A stretch of DNA of 62,904 nt, filler included, from Hausera hauseri (GCA_046269625.1; 11 parts of 11 records of this genome joined end to end with filler, not necessarily neighbours in it), one strand, 5' to 3'. Positions 37,790-50,980 are shown, counted from the whole stretch's first letter. Program-made: numbers and translations. The notes: generated by a model not told the origin, from the letters alone.

Positions 37790-39090
37790 ATCCATTGCGT
37801 TATCACGTGGTGGATCAGAACATCAGAACACATGTATGCTAGAATCAGTTATCTTCTTTGGTCGTTAATATACCATTATCTCAGCCAGCAAGATAATGAA
37901 AATGCAAAAAAGGGTTATCTGATATAATCAGCTACAGAATGCATTATACAAGCAATGATCTCGTTCAATTATAAGCAAGACCGTTATAAGAAAGTGTCGT
38001 TTATCGACTGTTAAGAAAATATTTTATAAAATTGTTGATTGTTGTAAAGCAAATCACTGATAGTGTTTCGACAAATACATTGTGTACGACAGATTTGTGA
38101 TTGCATTTAAGAGAGTCCTGTAGTGTTACATCGAACCCACACTCCTATATGGCTGCGAATCTTTGATACTGAGTAAAAAATTTTAACTTTCTTTAAAACC
38201 ACAAGAAATGTGGTTTCTCAGAAAATGTCGAAAAATCCAATGGACATCAAAGAGAGCAAGTGAAGATGTTTTGCACGAAGCACACATAGAAATAATGCTT
38301 ATTAGTAAGATCAGAAACAGACGAGCATCTATTATTGGCAATGATTTAAGACGAGAAGGTCGGAGAATTTGGTCACAGTAGGCACAATACCTGGAAATAG
38401 AAGTTGTGGTCTATATAGAATGAAGTTACTGGACTGACTGCGTGAATGTCTCGTAACACAGTCAACAGCAATGATGATTTTGGACACCAGGAATCGGAAG
38501 AGATGGAGATCCATGGCGAACTACGCTGTACATTCATGCACCTGATGATGGCTATAATAAGACAATAATTGTCTGATCCTATCACATGTCTAATTATTTG
38601 ATGAGACAAGGAGCCCATGTGTCCAAAAATTGGCCAGTCTTATTTCATATTAAGACAATGAGAAGACATTAATCGTATTTCATAGTAAGACAATGAGAAG
38701 ATATGTTTCAATGAATGTCAACATGTCGTCTTAAATCACCATTTGCCTGTTTCCTCTCTATGTGTCACACGATATCAAGGCAATTTGTTGTTTGTCCTTG
38801 GGACAACTTTTTACAAGCACAAATGAATCGATCTGCGTGTGTTCCTCAAATTATCATGACAATTTACGCGAATGATTAATGATTCTCACGATCGGTTTAT
38901 ATCAACCAACGAGTCAATCAATTGATTAATGAAGCGGCGTTCCTTTGAACTTTGGCAATCACGTAAAATTATCTCCCTCCCGGTGTCTACAAGCTTTTTT
39001 GTTCACATTATTTTGTCCATGTTTGTAGTATACCCCTTTGTTAGCTCAACTGATGTCATTTATTGTACTATTCATCTAGATAAATTACTG

Positions 39091-39336
39091 GGGGACCGGG
39101 GTGGGGGCGCCCTCAGTGGTCAGCCTCAAGTGCTAGAGATACGGGGTTCAAAGCCCGGTGGAAGTACTTAGAATTTTTTCTGGGGGATCTTCTAGTAAGA
39201 AATTCCTCTAATCTCTGGGTAGTGAGATCGGACGTCCGTGTTCTTTTCGTGCACGTTAAAAATCTCTTGGCAGTTAGAACTCGAAAGAGAGTAGGCCTAA
39301 CGCTTTTTCTAGGAGAAACATTCTAGGAAAAATCCA
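39091..39336 (+). mobile_element. tRNA-derived SINE, second copy
   Basis: Shares ACGGGGTTCAAA, GGATCTTCTAGTAA, CTGGGTAGTGAGAT, CGTGCACGTTAAAAATC and TTCTAGGAAAAATC with 37455-37789. Confidence 0.8.
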
Positions 39337-39772
39337 AAGAACCTACTGGGCTCTGGCTGGTGCACCGAGTACGTGAACTGAGATCCTTGAGACAGGAGGA
39401 GAACCGGAGAACTTACGGATATATATCCGTGTGCGGAGATGTTGACCGTTCGACTAAACCTAAACTACTATCTCTTAACTCACCTATGCAAATGCACACA
39501 ACAGTTGCTAAATACTTGTTTAACAACCAAATTTCAACAACCTATATCGCCAAAGTGTGCACGAATATCGCCAAACGGATATCGAGCGCAAAAGAATAAC
39601 CTGTGTTCTGAAGTCTCGGTGATGTAGCTTCAGCACAGACCGTATGTAAGTAAGTAAATTTCATTCACATCTAAAGATAGGCATGTAGGGGAATGTGGAA
39701 ATAGTGGTCACAGTTTTCCTTGACACCTGCTTATGACTGAGTTATGTTGTCATCGAAATTTTTTAACCTTGG

Positions 39773-39963
39773 GTAGGCCTAGGTGGTCTTTTTCATACAG
39801 ATCGGCCTCGGTGGCTGTTTTCATACCAGTCGGCCTCGGTGTCCGCTTTCGTACAGGTCGACCTCGATGGCTGTTTTCGTCGAAAATATTCAAACTGCAA
39901 CAGCTAGAAATAAAACCACGACATTGTGATCTGTAACCTAGTGCACTAACCACTCAACCACCG
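39773..39963 (-). repeat. Degenerate tRNA-like SINE head followed by four 28-bp tandem units
   Basis: Minus strand CCGGTGGTTGAGTGGTTAGTGCAC...GTGGTTTTATTTC (A/B-box-like); units at 39773, 39801, 39829, 39857. Confidence 0.55.
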
Positions 39964-41210
39964 GAATACAAAACATACCATTACAAAATAAGGCATTTTG
40001 TTTCCGTTGTCAGTTCTCTGTTTACCTCTGTCTTTAGACTAATTACCTAATCTAATCATTTAAACGTATATCTTGCTGCCAAACCACATTTCAAACTGAC
40101 GAATAGCGTCTTTCAAAAAATAGATTGCTCAGAAACATACAGAGTCGGTATAAATAAAGGGTACTGTCGTATACAGAATATTAAGTTGTATGTGAAAACA
40201 TTCTTACAATATAGACACAGAGAACACGTAATTACACGAGATGAAACTAACTGTTATCAATAATGTGTGGTAGATTAATGAGAAATTATTCATTCTGGTT
40301 ATTATATTTTTGATAATTTTAATCATAGTTTAGATTTTGTTATTATTTTAGTAAAATGTGTGTTAATGTTTACGCAAATAATTGTTAGAAAATTTACCTA
40401 CGGAACTGCAAATATGTTTCTGAGGTGTAGCTAATGAAGAGAACGAGCAGCCGGTCGATACAAGACGGTTTCACAAGAACTATTTAGTCATTATTGTTAA
40501 TTATAATTACCTGTACCAAGAATGGCAATTCCCATTATATCAAGACGAATAAAATCGTCCGGTTTGGACAACACTATGAATGCAACATTACCGAAGTGCT
40601 AAGTCGAGCTAAAGCGAGTAAGGTTATCGAACCGATTCTGCGTTGCACAACCGCTCCATTGCGCCACGATCTGGTTAAAGAGATCCTGGCGACAAGTATC
40701 CGACATCGGTAGTTTCACTTTACTGAAGGATCTGAACCCGTGGCAAGGTAGGATCAGGAACATTGGTCATTTGATAGGATCTACTTCTTACCTCACCCGG
40801 GTGTATTAGGAGCCGTTAGGACCTTATCATTTTTTAAGGCGAGCACTGCGTTCACGAAACACAGAAATGGGGTTTCCTTGATTGACGTGCCTACATCATA
40901 CCAGCTCTTACTCTTCAGTTTGTCAAATATGAGCTTTATTTGTTTAGTTTAGTCTAGTCTTGAGATCGATATCATTGCACACAGATATTTCCATAGTGGT
41001 AGAACTCCCTGTAGCTGCGAACTATGAGCTCTTGGCAGCTGATGCCATAGTGAAGAACGCGCACATCTACTGGTGTTGTTTAGTCATTGAGTATAAAGAG
41101 TTATCAGTTGNNNNNNNNNNNNNNNNNNNNNNNNNNNNNNNNNNNNNNNNNNNNTTAATTAATTAANNNNNNNNNNNNNNNNNNNNNNNNNNNNNNNNNN
41201 NNNNNNNNNN

Positions 41211-41525
41211 AGAAATTAAATTATCCTGATTTTCATAAATGTTTAATAATCCCAATTTTGTAATACTATTTTCAAATGCGGATTTTAGCAGCCGTAATTC
41301 TGGTTGATTTATAGTTGTTGAGAAAAAGAGTAAATTATCATAATCTAGGAAACCTGATTCTGTCAACATTTGCATTAACAACACATTTTTACCACATCCT
41401 GAACTCTCAATCATCAATAATCGAATATTATTTGGGAACAGTTTATTTTGAAATTTGTTTTTCTTTAAATTTAAAATCCGTGGTTTCGGATTATCAGTTT
41501 TATGGCAGTAATATTTATACAACAT
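41211..41525 (-). pseudogene. Polinton packaging ATPase, N-terminal part (second, distinct type)
   Basis: LFPNNIRLLMIESSGCGKNVLL (Walker A, first G replaced by E); LDYDNLLFFSTTINQPE. Confidence 0.78.
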
Positions 41526-41943
41526 TTACAAATTGTACATTCACTCCAGATGTATTTATTATGTGATTTTATTATTATACGACCTGTTTCACAAAAGTTA
41601 CAATCTGAATTATTTGAACTCATTTTTTATTAATTAATTCATAATTAATTAATTAATTAAATAGGGTCGGTTTTCTCAAATTTAAAAAAAAATTTTTCAT
41701 TAAATTTTCGTTAAATTTTCTATAAATTTTTCATTAAATTTTTTATAACATTTTTATTAAATTTTTTGAAATATTTTTATTAAATTTTGTTAAAAATTTT
41801 TATTAGATTTTTTAATTAATTAGTAAATTAATTAATTATTAATTACTAATTAATTAATTAATTAATTAAAAGCGTCGGTTTTTTCAATTTTTAAAAATTT
41901 GCGATCTGAATTATTTGAACGCATTTTTTTATTGAATATAGTG

Positions 41944-42079
41944 AGTAGTTGTATAAGGAGGGTTATGGGTCGGTTTTTCAATTTTTTTAAAAAATTTTCA
42001 TGAGTGAGCGGTGGCGAACGGATGAAAATTTTTTAAAAAAATTGAGACCCTGGCCCATAACAGACATTGTACAACTACT
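41944..42079. repeat. 136-bp imperfect palindrome bounded by AGTAGTTGTA...TACAACTACT
   Basis: Perfect 10-bp terminal inverted repeat; inner arms GTTATGGG...TCAATTTTTTTAAAAAATTTTCAT and ATGAAAATTTTTTAAAAAAATTGA...CCCATAAC around a ~20-nt loop. Confidence 0.85.
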
Positions 42080-42082
42080 TCT

Positions 42083-43770
42083 ATGTCTCTATGCGTGTTT
42101 CACGCTCTGACTAGTCTCTCTCTGTATCTATCTCAGTCTCAGTCTCAGTCTCTGTTTCTCTCTGTCTTTGTGTCTGTCTCTGTGTCTATGTGCCTGTGTC
42201 TGTGTCTGTTTCTATCTCCGCTTTATGTCTCTGTCTATGTCTCTGTCTCTGTGTCTATCAGTGTCTCACTCTCTGACTCGTTTCTGTGTCTCTGTCTCTA
42301 TCTCTGAATCAATCTCAGTCCCAGTCTATATTTCGCTCTGTCTCTGTGTCTGTCGCTCTGTATCGCTCTGCCTATGTCTTTCTGTCCCTGTCTCACTGTC
42401 TCTCTCTCTCGCCGCCTCTATGTCTCTGTCTCTGTCGCTCTGTCTTTGACTCTGTGTCTCTATGTGTGTCTCGTTCCGCCTGGTCTCTCTGTCTCTGTCT
42501 CTGTGGTGGTCTCAGTCTCAGTCTCAACTTCTCTCTGTCTATGTGTCTGTCGCTGTGTCTCTGTCTCTCTCGATCTCTGTCACTTGCTCTCGCTGTCTCT
42601 GTCTCTATGTTTCTGTCTCACTATCTCGGTCGTTCTGTCTCTAACTCTGTGTCTTCCTCTGTGTCTCTCGCTCCGACTCGTCTCTTTGTCTTTGTTTCTA
42701 TTGTGGTCTCAGTCTCACTCTCTATTTCTCGCTGTCTCTCTGTCTCTGTTTATCTCTGTCTTTGTTTGTGTCTCTCTCTGTCTGTGTCTCTTTTCTTGTC
42801 TCTCTCTGTCTGTGTCTATGTCTTTGTCTCCGTCTCTATATCGTTGTCTCTGTCTCTGGTTCTCTCTATGTTTTTCACCCTCTGACTCGTCTCTCTATCT
42901 CTTTCTGTATCTCTGTCTAAGTCTCAGTCTAAGTCTCTATTTCTCTCTGACTCTGCGTTTGTCTCTATCTGTCTTTGTCTCTTTCTGTCTCTGTCTTTGT
43001 CTCTCTCTGTCTCTGTCTTTGTCTCGCTCTGTCTCTGTCTTTGTCTCGCTATGTCTCACTATCTCATTCAATGTCTCGGTATCTGTATCTCCTTGTGTCT
43101 CTGTCCCTCTCTCTCTCTATCCCTCCTTTTCCGTCTGCATGTGTCGCTCTCTCTCTCACTCTCTTTGTCTCTGTCTCTGTCTCTGTCTCTCTATGTCTCT
43201 GTCTTTGTCTTTCTCTGTGAGTGTCTCTGTATTTGTCTCTCTGTGTCACTCTTTGACTCTCTGTCTCTGTCTCTCTGTGCTTCTGTCGCTGTTTCCACTT
43301 CTGTCTATCTCTCGCTCTCCTTATCTATCTCTCGCTCCGACCCGTCTCTCTGGCTCTGTCTGTATCTCTGTCGCACTCTCNNNNNNNNNNNNNNNNNNNN
43401 NNNNNNNNNNNNNNNNNNNNNNNNNNNNNNNNNNNNNNNNNNNNNNNNNNNNNNNNNNNNNNNNNNNNNNNNNNNNNNNNNNNNNNNNNNNNNNNNNNNN
43501 NNNNNNNNNNNNNNNNNNNNNNNNNNNCTGCTTCTCTGCCTCTTTCTCTCTGTCTGTTTCTTTGTTTCTCTCTACCTCTCCCTATCCTCCTTCTCTCTCT
43601 GTCTGTCTCCCTGTCTCTCTCTGACTATGCCTTTATCTCTCTCTGTCCCTGTCTTTGTATCTGTCTGTCTCTGTGTTTGTCACTCTCTGCGTCTATCATT
43701 GTGTTTTTCTCTGTCTATCTTTCTGTCTCTGTCTCCGTCTCTATCTCCTTCTCTGTCTCTCCCTCCATCC
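42083..43770. repeat. Degenerate (TC)n/(TCTG)n/(TCTCTG)n simple repeat with an internal assembly gap (43381-43527)
   Basis: Directly visible pyrimidine-rich low-complexity tract. Confidence 0.97.
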
Positions 43771-43899
43771 AATGCTTCTTTTTGCTGTTTATTGTCATGA
43801 GCTGGTGATTTTTTGTTCCGATACTTTTCTGGTCGACTGTTGTTCCATGTCCATTTTCATAGGCTTGCAGAAAGTTTCCAAACTGTAAATCTGGTTGCT

Positions 43900-45155
43900 T
43901 CAGATTAAATCTTTGCATTTCAATACGGACTTGGTTTGTGTTTTCAGCGCGTAACATTTGGGTCTTAGGAAAATTCGCTCTTTGTACTCGACACTGTCTT
44001 TGCTTTCATCTTTAAACTTAATTATAGTAGCCGAGAAACAAGTGGAATAAAGAGGGTCCCTAGTATCATAATTCGACGTGTCCAATTCTTCATTTGAAAT
44101 CGTTGTTGGTAAGAGTTGTGATCTTAAATCAACTCCACGGCACTCAAGAGAAAAGCTATCCGTGTCATCAGCAATGATATTTAATTCACAATTCAAATGG
44201 TGTCTATACTTATCCAGTTCGATGTAATTAAGCTCATACATCCGTAACTTGGATAGATCAAGTACGGCCTTACCAATGTATGAGGGCCTATCTAGTGTAT
44301 CTGTGTCCTTATCAAGGAGAACAGCAACAATATCATCAGCAATAATTATACTTTTTTTGAACTGGACTTTGCTGGCATATGTTACAAGCCTCTTTGCATT
44401 GTTACAAAGCATCAAATTGGACCGTTTCATCAGATTTTCTACTGTTTTTCCATATAAACCGTTATTCTTGAGCTTAAAAAAGCCCTTTCCAAAAGCACTT
44501 TTAGCAGCAGCACTCTGCTGTATTAAGGTTGGTGTAGGCCTTAAAGACATTCCATTGATGAAATTCAACGGCCCAATGTACCTTGTCAACCACAGCGCCT
44601 AACTTGACGTATAGCTGAAAAAGCCTATAATGTATAACATATGTGGAATTTCGCTCATGTGTCAACAGCAATTTCTTTACTCGCGAACCAGGAGGGCATT
44701 GGTTAATTGGAGCTAAAGGTAGTTGGTGTAACTTATCATGCTTATTAGCCGGAATGCTCAAATCAACTTCGAAGACGAGACCACGTTTTTGTGTAACACT
44801 GTCTACAAAAGGCAATTGTGAAATCAGACTGTTTAATTTAAATTCATCGTAAATCCAAACCAAATTCGCAAATGGTATAGTTTGAGGTAAAGCCCAGCTG
44901 TACAAATTATTCACATTTATATACAAGATAGTGGTGCTTTCATTGGTGGCAACCCTATGCTTATTTACAAACGTCATACCACCGCGAATACCGGATTGGA
45001 AAAAACGATACATTTCAGGATCCTGAATGAGCTCAATACGACATGGACTCGTTTTTAGTGCTGTTGCCCAAGATAATTCTGGAATAGACACGAAATTAAC
45101 CGCTTCTAAGCCATCCTCCAACTTAACCTGCTTTCTAAATCGTTCAAAAATATCA
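43900..45155 (-). pseudogene. Polinton protein-primed DNA polymerase B, polymerase domain
   Basis: GIRGG; YINVNNLY (motif A, D replaced by N); FEVDL...LPLAP; FFKLKNNGLYGKT (motif B); LDLSKLRMY; DTDSF (motif C); LRPKCYA; frameshifted. Confidence 0.93.
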
Positions 45156-45255
45156 NNNNNNNNNNNNNNNNNNNNNNNNNNNNNNNNNNNNNNNNNNNNT
45201 TAATTAATTAANNNNNNNNNNNNNNNNNNNNNNNNNNNNNNNNNNNNNNNNNNNN

Positions 45256-46326
45256 CACAGGACCATTTCGTCGCGGTCAGTAAAGACTCGTTCTGTAGAA
45301 TACTACACAACAATAAAACGTATTTACCCGACTATTTGTATTGTGCAAAGTTCGTTTGGCTACGGAATCAAACGCCGTTTGGTTTTCAACCGCAGTATCT
45401 AGGGCATTATAAGCTAATCCAACTACATTGCCACAACGCTGTAATTCTCAAAGATGGAAATGAAATAGCAGTCCACATAAATAATGTGAAACCTGCCTTT
45501 TTTGTAGACGACACATCTCCAACCTAAACTTCGGCAAATTTTCTCACTCCTGCATTTCCTTCTGTTTCTGCTCCTGTCTCCAATCCTACTCCATTTTCTC
45601 CTGTTCCTGTTATTGTTCCCGCATTCCTTTCACCTCCTATTCCCATCCCTAACCCTACACCACTTTGTCCTTCCGTTCTTCCACCCGTTACTTCTCCTCC
45701 CTCCAAATATTTATCTTTGGGAACTCCCTTCGACAATTTCAAATATTCACCTTCAGTTACTTCTTTTCCTTCGTCTATTTTGCCTCAGCAAGACACTACA
45801 CTCAACGCGACAGAATGTGACATCTTCCCACCCAAAACACCTCAACAACCAGAGACAAAACCAAAGACATATCGCAAAACTATCACTTTCAGCAAGTACA
45901 GTAAAGAGAGAAACATCGAAGGTATACAACGTCTGGTTCATACTAAAACTGAATAGCCAAACCACAAATCTGTCACATAAGACCACGTAGTTAGTCCACA
46001 CTGTTTCGTTTTGTGTTCGTTTAATCTTCCCTTTTATCCTTACAGTTCACACCTTGTCACGGTGGGGGGGTATTGTAGTGCCTATTAAAATTTTTAGTTT
46101 TTTCAAAGTCGGTCGTAGGTTTGAGTTCGTCTGTTAACTCATTAGCTCTACATTGTCATTCGAAACCAACATGGTACATGGACTACCAATGTTCAGTGTC
46201 ATTCCTGTTCTTTTCATTGTGGAATTCAAGTCGGATTTTACAGAGTTTTACCAACGGTTTTACCGTTATCCCAAGAATATAAACAAAAAATGAAAATAAC
46301 TCCTTCGGCCAATAAACCTAACTACA
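45256..46326 (+). mobile_element. 3' end of CsRn1-like Ty3/gypsy: integrase C-terminus, Pro/Ser-rich tail, PPT, LTR
   Basis: AKFVWLRN...FQPQYLGHYKLI...VHINNVKPAF is nearly identical to 56530-56700; G-run PPT at 46061-46070. Confidence 0.85.
46074..46326 (+). repeat. LTR (253 bp)
   Basis: Starts TGTAGT 3 nt after the PPT and ends ACTACA; AATAAA at 46311. Confidence 0.75.
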
Positions 46327-47469
46327 ACAAATCCATCAATTGAAACCACTGAAACATAAGATCAACTTAGAAACCATCAATTCATCAATTTATGAATAAT
46401 TATATACAAGATTTGTACGACAGGACTGTTTTATCAATTAAAAGTTGTTATTATTAGACGCACACTTTGACTGACAAGTAAAGGTCATATAGACACATAA
46501 TAAAGCGTTCGTTATTTCATTCATTGTTTTATTGCAGAAATAGTGTGAACATGAATTATTTTGGTGGAATTAGAAATTTCTTGTGTGTACTTCGTTAAAA
46601 TATATGGTATCAAAATTCATGAAACATTAGCCATGTTAAAACAAGAGACATAGATGTATGGCGTGAACTAATGACAAATAAGGATAGTAGTCTTTTTTCA
46701 GAAAGTGACAATTATTAGAAATACATGGAAACTGCAACATGACGCGGTTGCGGGGGGAGGGGTTCGCAGGCAGGGACCGGACGTCAAATTTAGTGACAGG
46801 ATGTTAAAATGTTTTAATTACGCGATAACGACAAACAGTTTTTTAACTTTTTTTTTAAAAAGGTTTCAATAAAATTTTGAGTTGTTGGATCGAGTTTTCA
46901 TTTTAAAAGTTAATGGATTTCAAAATCCATAAACGCAGATCATTCATACCAAAGAATTATAAAGGTTCAGGATTACAAATATACCAAATTACGTTGTTGG
47001 TGCAGAAAAATTCATACTTTGATATTTTGATGCACCAACAAAGTCTGGTTAAGACCTTTGGTTATTTTAATCATTTAAATTGTCTAAGATGCTCAATGGA
47101 CAGTACGGATATAATTTACATAAACTACAGATACCATCATTCTTTGTAATCCTCAAAGAATTACCAATTCTTCCTGCGTCGGGTAAATTGTACAAAAGAG
47201 CATTTCCTCCACTGCACAAAGGCTTACACTTGTGTCAGCCTGATTCTCTCCCAGAAACTGGGACAGAGCAACAACTGTCGGAAACCTGAAGTAATGTTCC
47301 ACAAATAAATAACATCGATGTTCAGGAAAGTTTCTTCGATTTTGGAGAACACTCATTGTTGACAGCAAAATTATCACATATCATAAATGAGAAATTCGAC
47401 ATTAAATTGAGTGTTAACGATTTGTATAACCATCCAACATTGAGTGCTATTGTGAGGTAGGTCAACTTG

Positions 47470-49670
47470 CAATTTGGGGCCCGCCGCGCCTGGGCGGGGG
47501 TCACGGCTGTCAATCCTGCGCCGGTCAGTCAGAGGGCGCCTTTCGCTTCGGGACAACAAAACGCCCTCAGGCACATTACTTCTCCCCTCACTATTTTCCT
47601 TTTCCTAAATAACAAACATATATACACACTCATTACATCATATTTGCATATTGCAACCCTTCGTACCTTCATTTCTTTATTACTCAACTCTTCCAATATT
47701 TATCTTACACATAGCAGTTCTATAATACCCGTGACCAGAATCCTACCATCTTTCTCAACCCACACTTGTCTCCACATACATTTCCGTGCCCGTGGTGATA
47801 TGAATTCTTCGCCAACCATACACACCACGGATAAAACTACCACGAAACCAAAACCTGTTATATTGCTTTAAAAACCCACACCTAACCCTGCTAGCAACCT
47901 CCCATCCATTATCTCGTCTGCTCTTTTCCCTAACTGCACCGAATTCTTTATTGATAACAAGGCTCCAGCAAAACTTGGTTGCAATTTCCTCAACTATGGC
48001 TACAGGCAAAAAACATTACTGACTCTTTAACTAAAGCACACAATCTTCTCTTCTTACTCCCTAATAACATAAAAACACGCATTCACAACATCACTGAAAT
48101 CTTTGAACTTCCTGACCCATATCCAAATTTCTTCAACTCCGTTTTTAAGATCACAGAACCCTCCATGGACACAATCATACAACGTTACTTCCACGACAAT
48201 GCTATAGGACCCAACGACCATCAGAATTCCTACGCACCTCTTTGGCACATTTACATACCCTCGGCGTCACCAAAGAACACAATCCAGACCTACTGCGCCA
48301 CTATTTCCTCAATGCACTACCTATCTAAATCCGGGCCATACTTACCGTGGTGGAAGACTCCACGCCTCTTGAGAAATTGGCCGAATTAGCCGATAGGACA
48401 TACGAGTTCTACACGTAAATTCGCCACCAGTTGTTTCAGCAGAAGTTGCCGCTAATGGTATTCAAACCAATAACACATCTATGAAACAACAGCTTAATCA
48501 GCTACGTGATGAAAATCTAGCACTACACGCAACAATTAACAATATTAATAATAAACTAAGCGAACTCACCCTGTCCGCCGGAGGGATTTTGTCGCTGACC
48601 GCGTTCGTTCTGCGTCTAGAAACCGCTCACCATTGCCTGCCCGGTCGTCAATCTGCTATTACCACAGCAGATTTAACGCTAATGCTCAGAAGTGCTGCCT
48701 AGGGTTCAAATTTTATAACAAAAGTTTTTTCTTGGACACCGTTGTTTGCATCTACCATGCAAGGTTCAAAAATCAGGCTCGTAAATGCATTCCAGGCTGC
48801 ACTTTCAAATCAAATACGAATGACGGACGTACTATCTTTCCTTCTAAAGTCGTCCTAGTTCACCCTTTCAAAAAAAATTAGTTCGCCGCCTGACGTCACG
48901 GCAAACTCTGGCAAAGTCACTACTTCACTTTCTGAACGCCAACACGTCTCTTTTGCTGTCGTTACTCTAAAGGCTGCAATCACTGCTCCTACAACGCAGT
49001 CTGTTGATTTCCTCATCCATACAGGTGTAGCAATTTCTTTATTACCACAAACCTTTCCAGTTAAATATTCTCCATTCAGAATTAAGCTCTTATACACTGC
49101 TTCAGGCCAACCGCTGCACATTTCTGGCATGGCTAAATTATCTTTCTCCTTACCAAGTTTCCCTTTACCTTTCCACTGGACGTTCACAGTTGCTAACGTC
49201 CAGACGGCAATTCTAGGATCCGACTTTCTATCACTATAATTTATTGGTTTATTGCAGTCAGCTATGTTTGAGGAACGGCACAACTAGCGACATTTCTGAG
49301 CATGTCAATAGCATCTCGACTACCGCGCGGTCGACCGAAACGCGGAGCTCAATCTTAAAAAAATTAATGAATAATTCGAATTTCCATAATAATAACTCAA
49401 TTCGTAAATTTTTAAATAATAATACTCATGTTCGATTGAGGTTAGATGTCGATAATTGTGGTACCACCACCAAAGTTAATTCATTCGACGAAATCACTTT
49501 ATACAACTATTTTCAATTCGACCATCTTACACCAAATACCACATTATTGCACATCACTAAACAACTCACAAGTCGCATCCGCTACGACTCAAGCCGTTTC
49601 ACCACTTCCACTAAATCTCTCACAGCTATCTACAACTTTTACAGCAATTCGTCAACACATCATGTCCACG
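47470..49670 (+). mobile_element. CsRn1-like Ty3/gypsy 5' part: leader, gag with tandem CHCC motifs, frameshift site, protease
   Basis: CYYHSRFNANAQKCCLG...CIYHARFKNQARKCIPGC; AAAAAAT-TAG then pseudoknot; FLIHTGVAISLLP; ILGSDFL; left boundary approximate. Confidence 0.82.
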
Positions 49671-49754
49671 CATACTTAAAAAAGATGGCACGTTTACTCC
49701 CGCACAATACTTGGAGTGTTTATATAGTTTTTACATAATAAAGACATGACGATA

Positions 49755-50879
49755 TTATACGTTTCTCCCCCAAAATAAAAAACTGTCTTTCACTTTTCTA
49801 CTTGTTCCAAAGCTCAAGGTTACATCCACCGGTTTTTCATTGGGACGAAATACTTTCGCTCTCAATCTATATTTTCCTTCACCCCCAATCACTTCCTTTT
49901 TTGTCACTATATAGCTACCTTTTATTTGAGTCCCAATTTCACATAACTGCTTTATACTCAAGCCTAATGCATCTATCACGACTTCAACTAAAACCATTTT
50001 TATTCTACGAAACATTGTCTTCCCCGTAATACTGTTCGACCCAAATCCCATCAAACCCAGATTACTGACGAAATTATCAAACCCCCGAATTCCCCTGATA
50101 AATATACGGTGATACGAAAAAACATTCACCCCAACATCACAACCCCGGCCATCATTCATCAAAACAAGATAACAATAAACTACATTAATAATATTCACAC
50201 AACATCTTACTATTTTGTTTGACGGTAGCTGTACAATCTCAGTAGAATTTGTTGCAGAACCCTTTATATTAGTTAGTATTGTATTATCATTAAAATGACT
50301 CGGGTCGGAAATTCTTTGTTTTAACAAGGAAAACATGATAGGATCAAAATAATCCGAGTCAGTTTTGACGATTCTATTGGATTCTGTTACTTCTGTTTTA
50401 AGTTTTTCTGGGAAGTCTTTTTCTTCGAATGACAATGTCGATTTCTCGTTTGTGTTGAGAAGTATTTCAAACTCTTGACAATTTAATATGGTCCTACCAT
50501 GTTCTATATACAATGCGGAATTTTGTATGATTCGAAGAATCATGAGATTTACTTTCAACTTCTCAATGAGACTTTTGCCACAGACATCAGTTTGATAATC
50601 TAGGTTGGAGAATTCTTCAAATATATCCGTTAGTCGTAGATTGACTTGAAATATTCTCCAAATTATTCCAAAGACTCCTTGACAATATTTATTATTTTGC
50701 ACTATAGTCACATGGTCAGTATAGCCTATTAATGATGTTACCAAAATTGTTTGAACGATTTCATAAGCTATATTGGTTTCCATAAATTTAATTGTCATCT
50801 GCAAATGTAAAATTGTTTCACTTAGAGTTTCTGTAAACCTCTTAGACAGGGACATTTCCTTTTGAAGTTGTTTAATTTG
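49755..50879 (-). CDS. Uninterrupted hypothetical ORF (at least 366 aa, open to the contig edge)
   Basis: No stops over 1.1 kb of AT-rich DNA; frame stays open upstream of the ATG (QIKQLQKE) to the linker; no motif recognised. Confidence 0.6.
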   Translation of the reverse strand, partial: QIKQLQKEMSLSKRFTETLSETILHLQMTIKFMETNIAYEIVQTILVTSLIGYTDHVTIVQNNKYCQGVFGIIWRIFQVNLRLTDIFEEFSNLDYQTDVCGKSLIEKLKVNLMILRIIQNSALYIEHGRTILNCQEFEILLNTNEKSTLSFEEKDFPEKLKTEVTESNRIVKTDSDYFDPIMFSLLKQRISDPSHFNDNTILTNIKGSATNSTEIVQLPSNKIVRCCVNIINVVYCYLVLMNDGRGCDVGVNVFSYHRIFIRGIRGFDNFVSNLGLMGFGSNSITGKTMFRRIKMVLVEVVIDALGLSIKQLCEIGTQIKGSYIVTKKEVIGGEGKYRLRAKVFRPNEKPVDVTLSFGTSRKVKDSFLFWGRNV

Positions 50880-50980
50880 ANNNNNNNNNNNNNNNNNNNN
50901 NNNNNNNNNNNNNNNNNNNNNNNNTTAATTAATTAANNNNNNNNNNNNNNNNNNNNNNNNNNNNNNNNNNNNNNNNNNNN

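Noticed and set aside
39773-39884. CRISPR array of 28-bp repeats
   Set aside because: Units are directly tandem with no spacers and are degenerate
40722-40770. Second hammerhead-like motif (CTGAAGGA...GGAACATTGGTC)
   Set aside because: Core deviates at both CUGANGA and GAAA and the stems are not convincing
42083-43888. Long Ser/Leu/Cys/Val-rich ORFs (up to 416 aa)
   Set aside because: Translation artefacts of the TC/TG simple repeat
47473-47492. tRNA-Pro primer-binding site (TGGGGCCCGCCG)
   Set aside because: Only a partial match and no clear upstream LTR end matching 46074-46326
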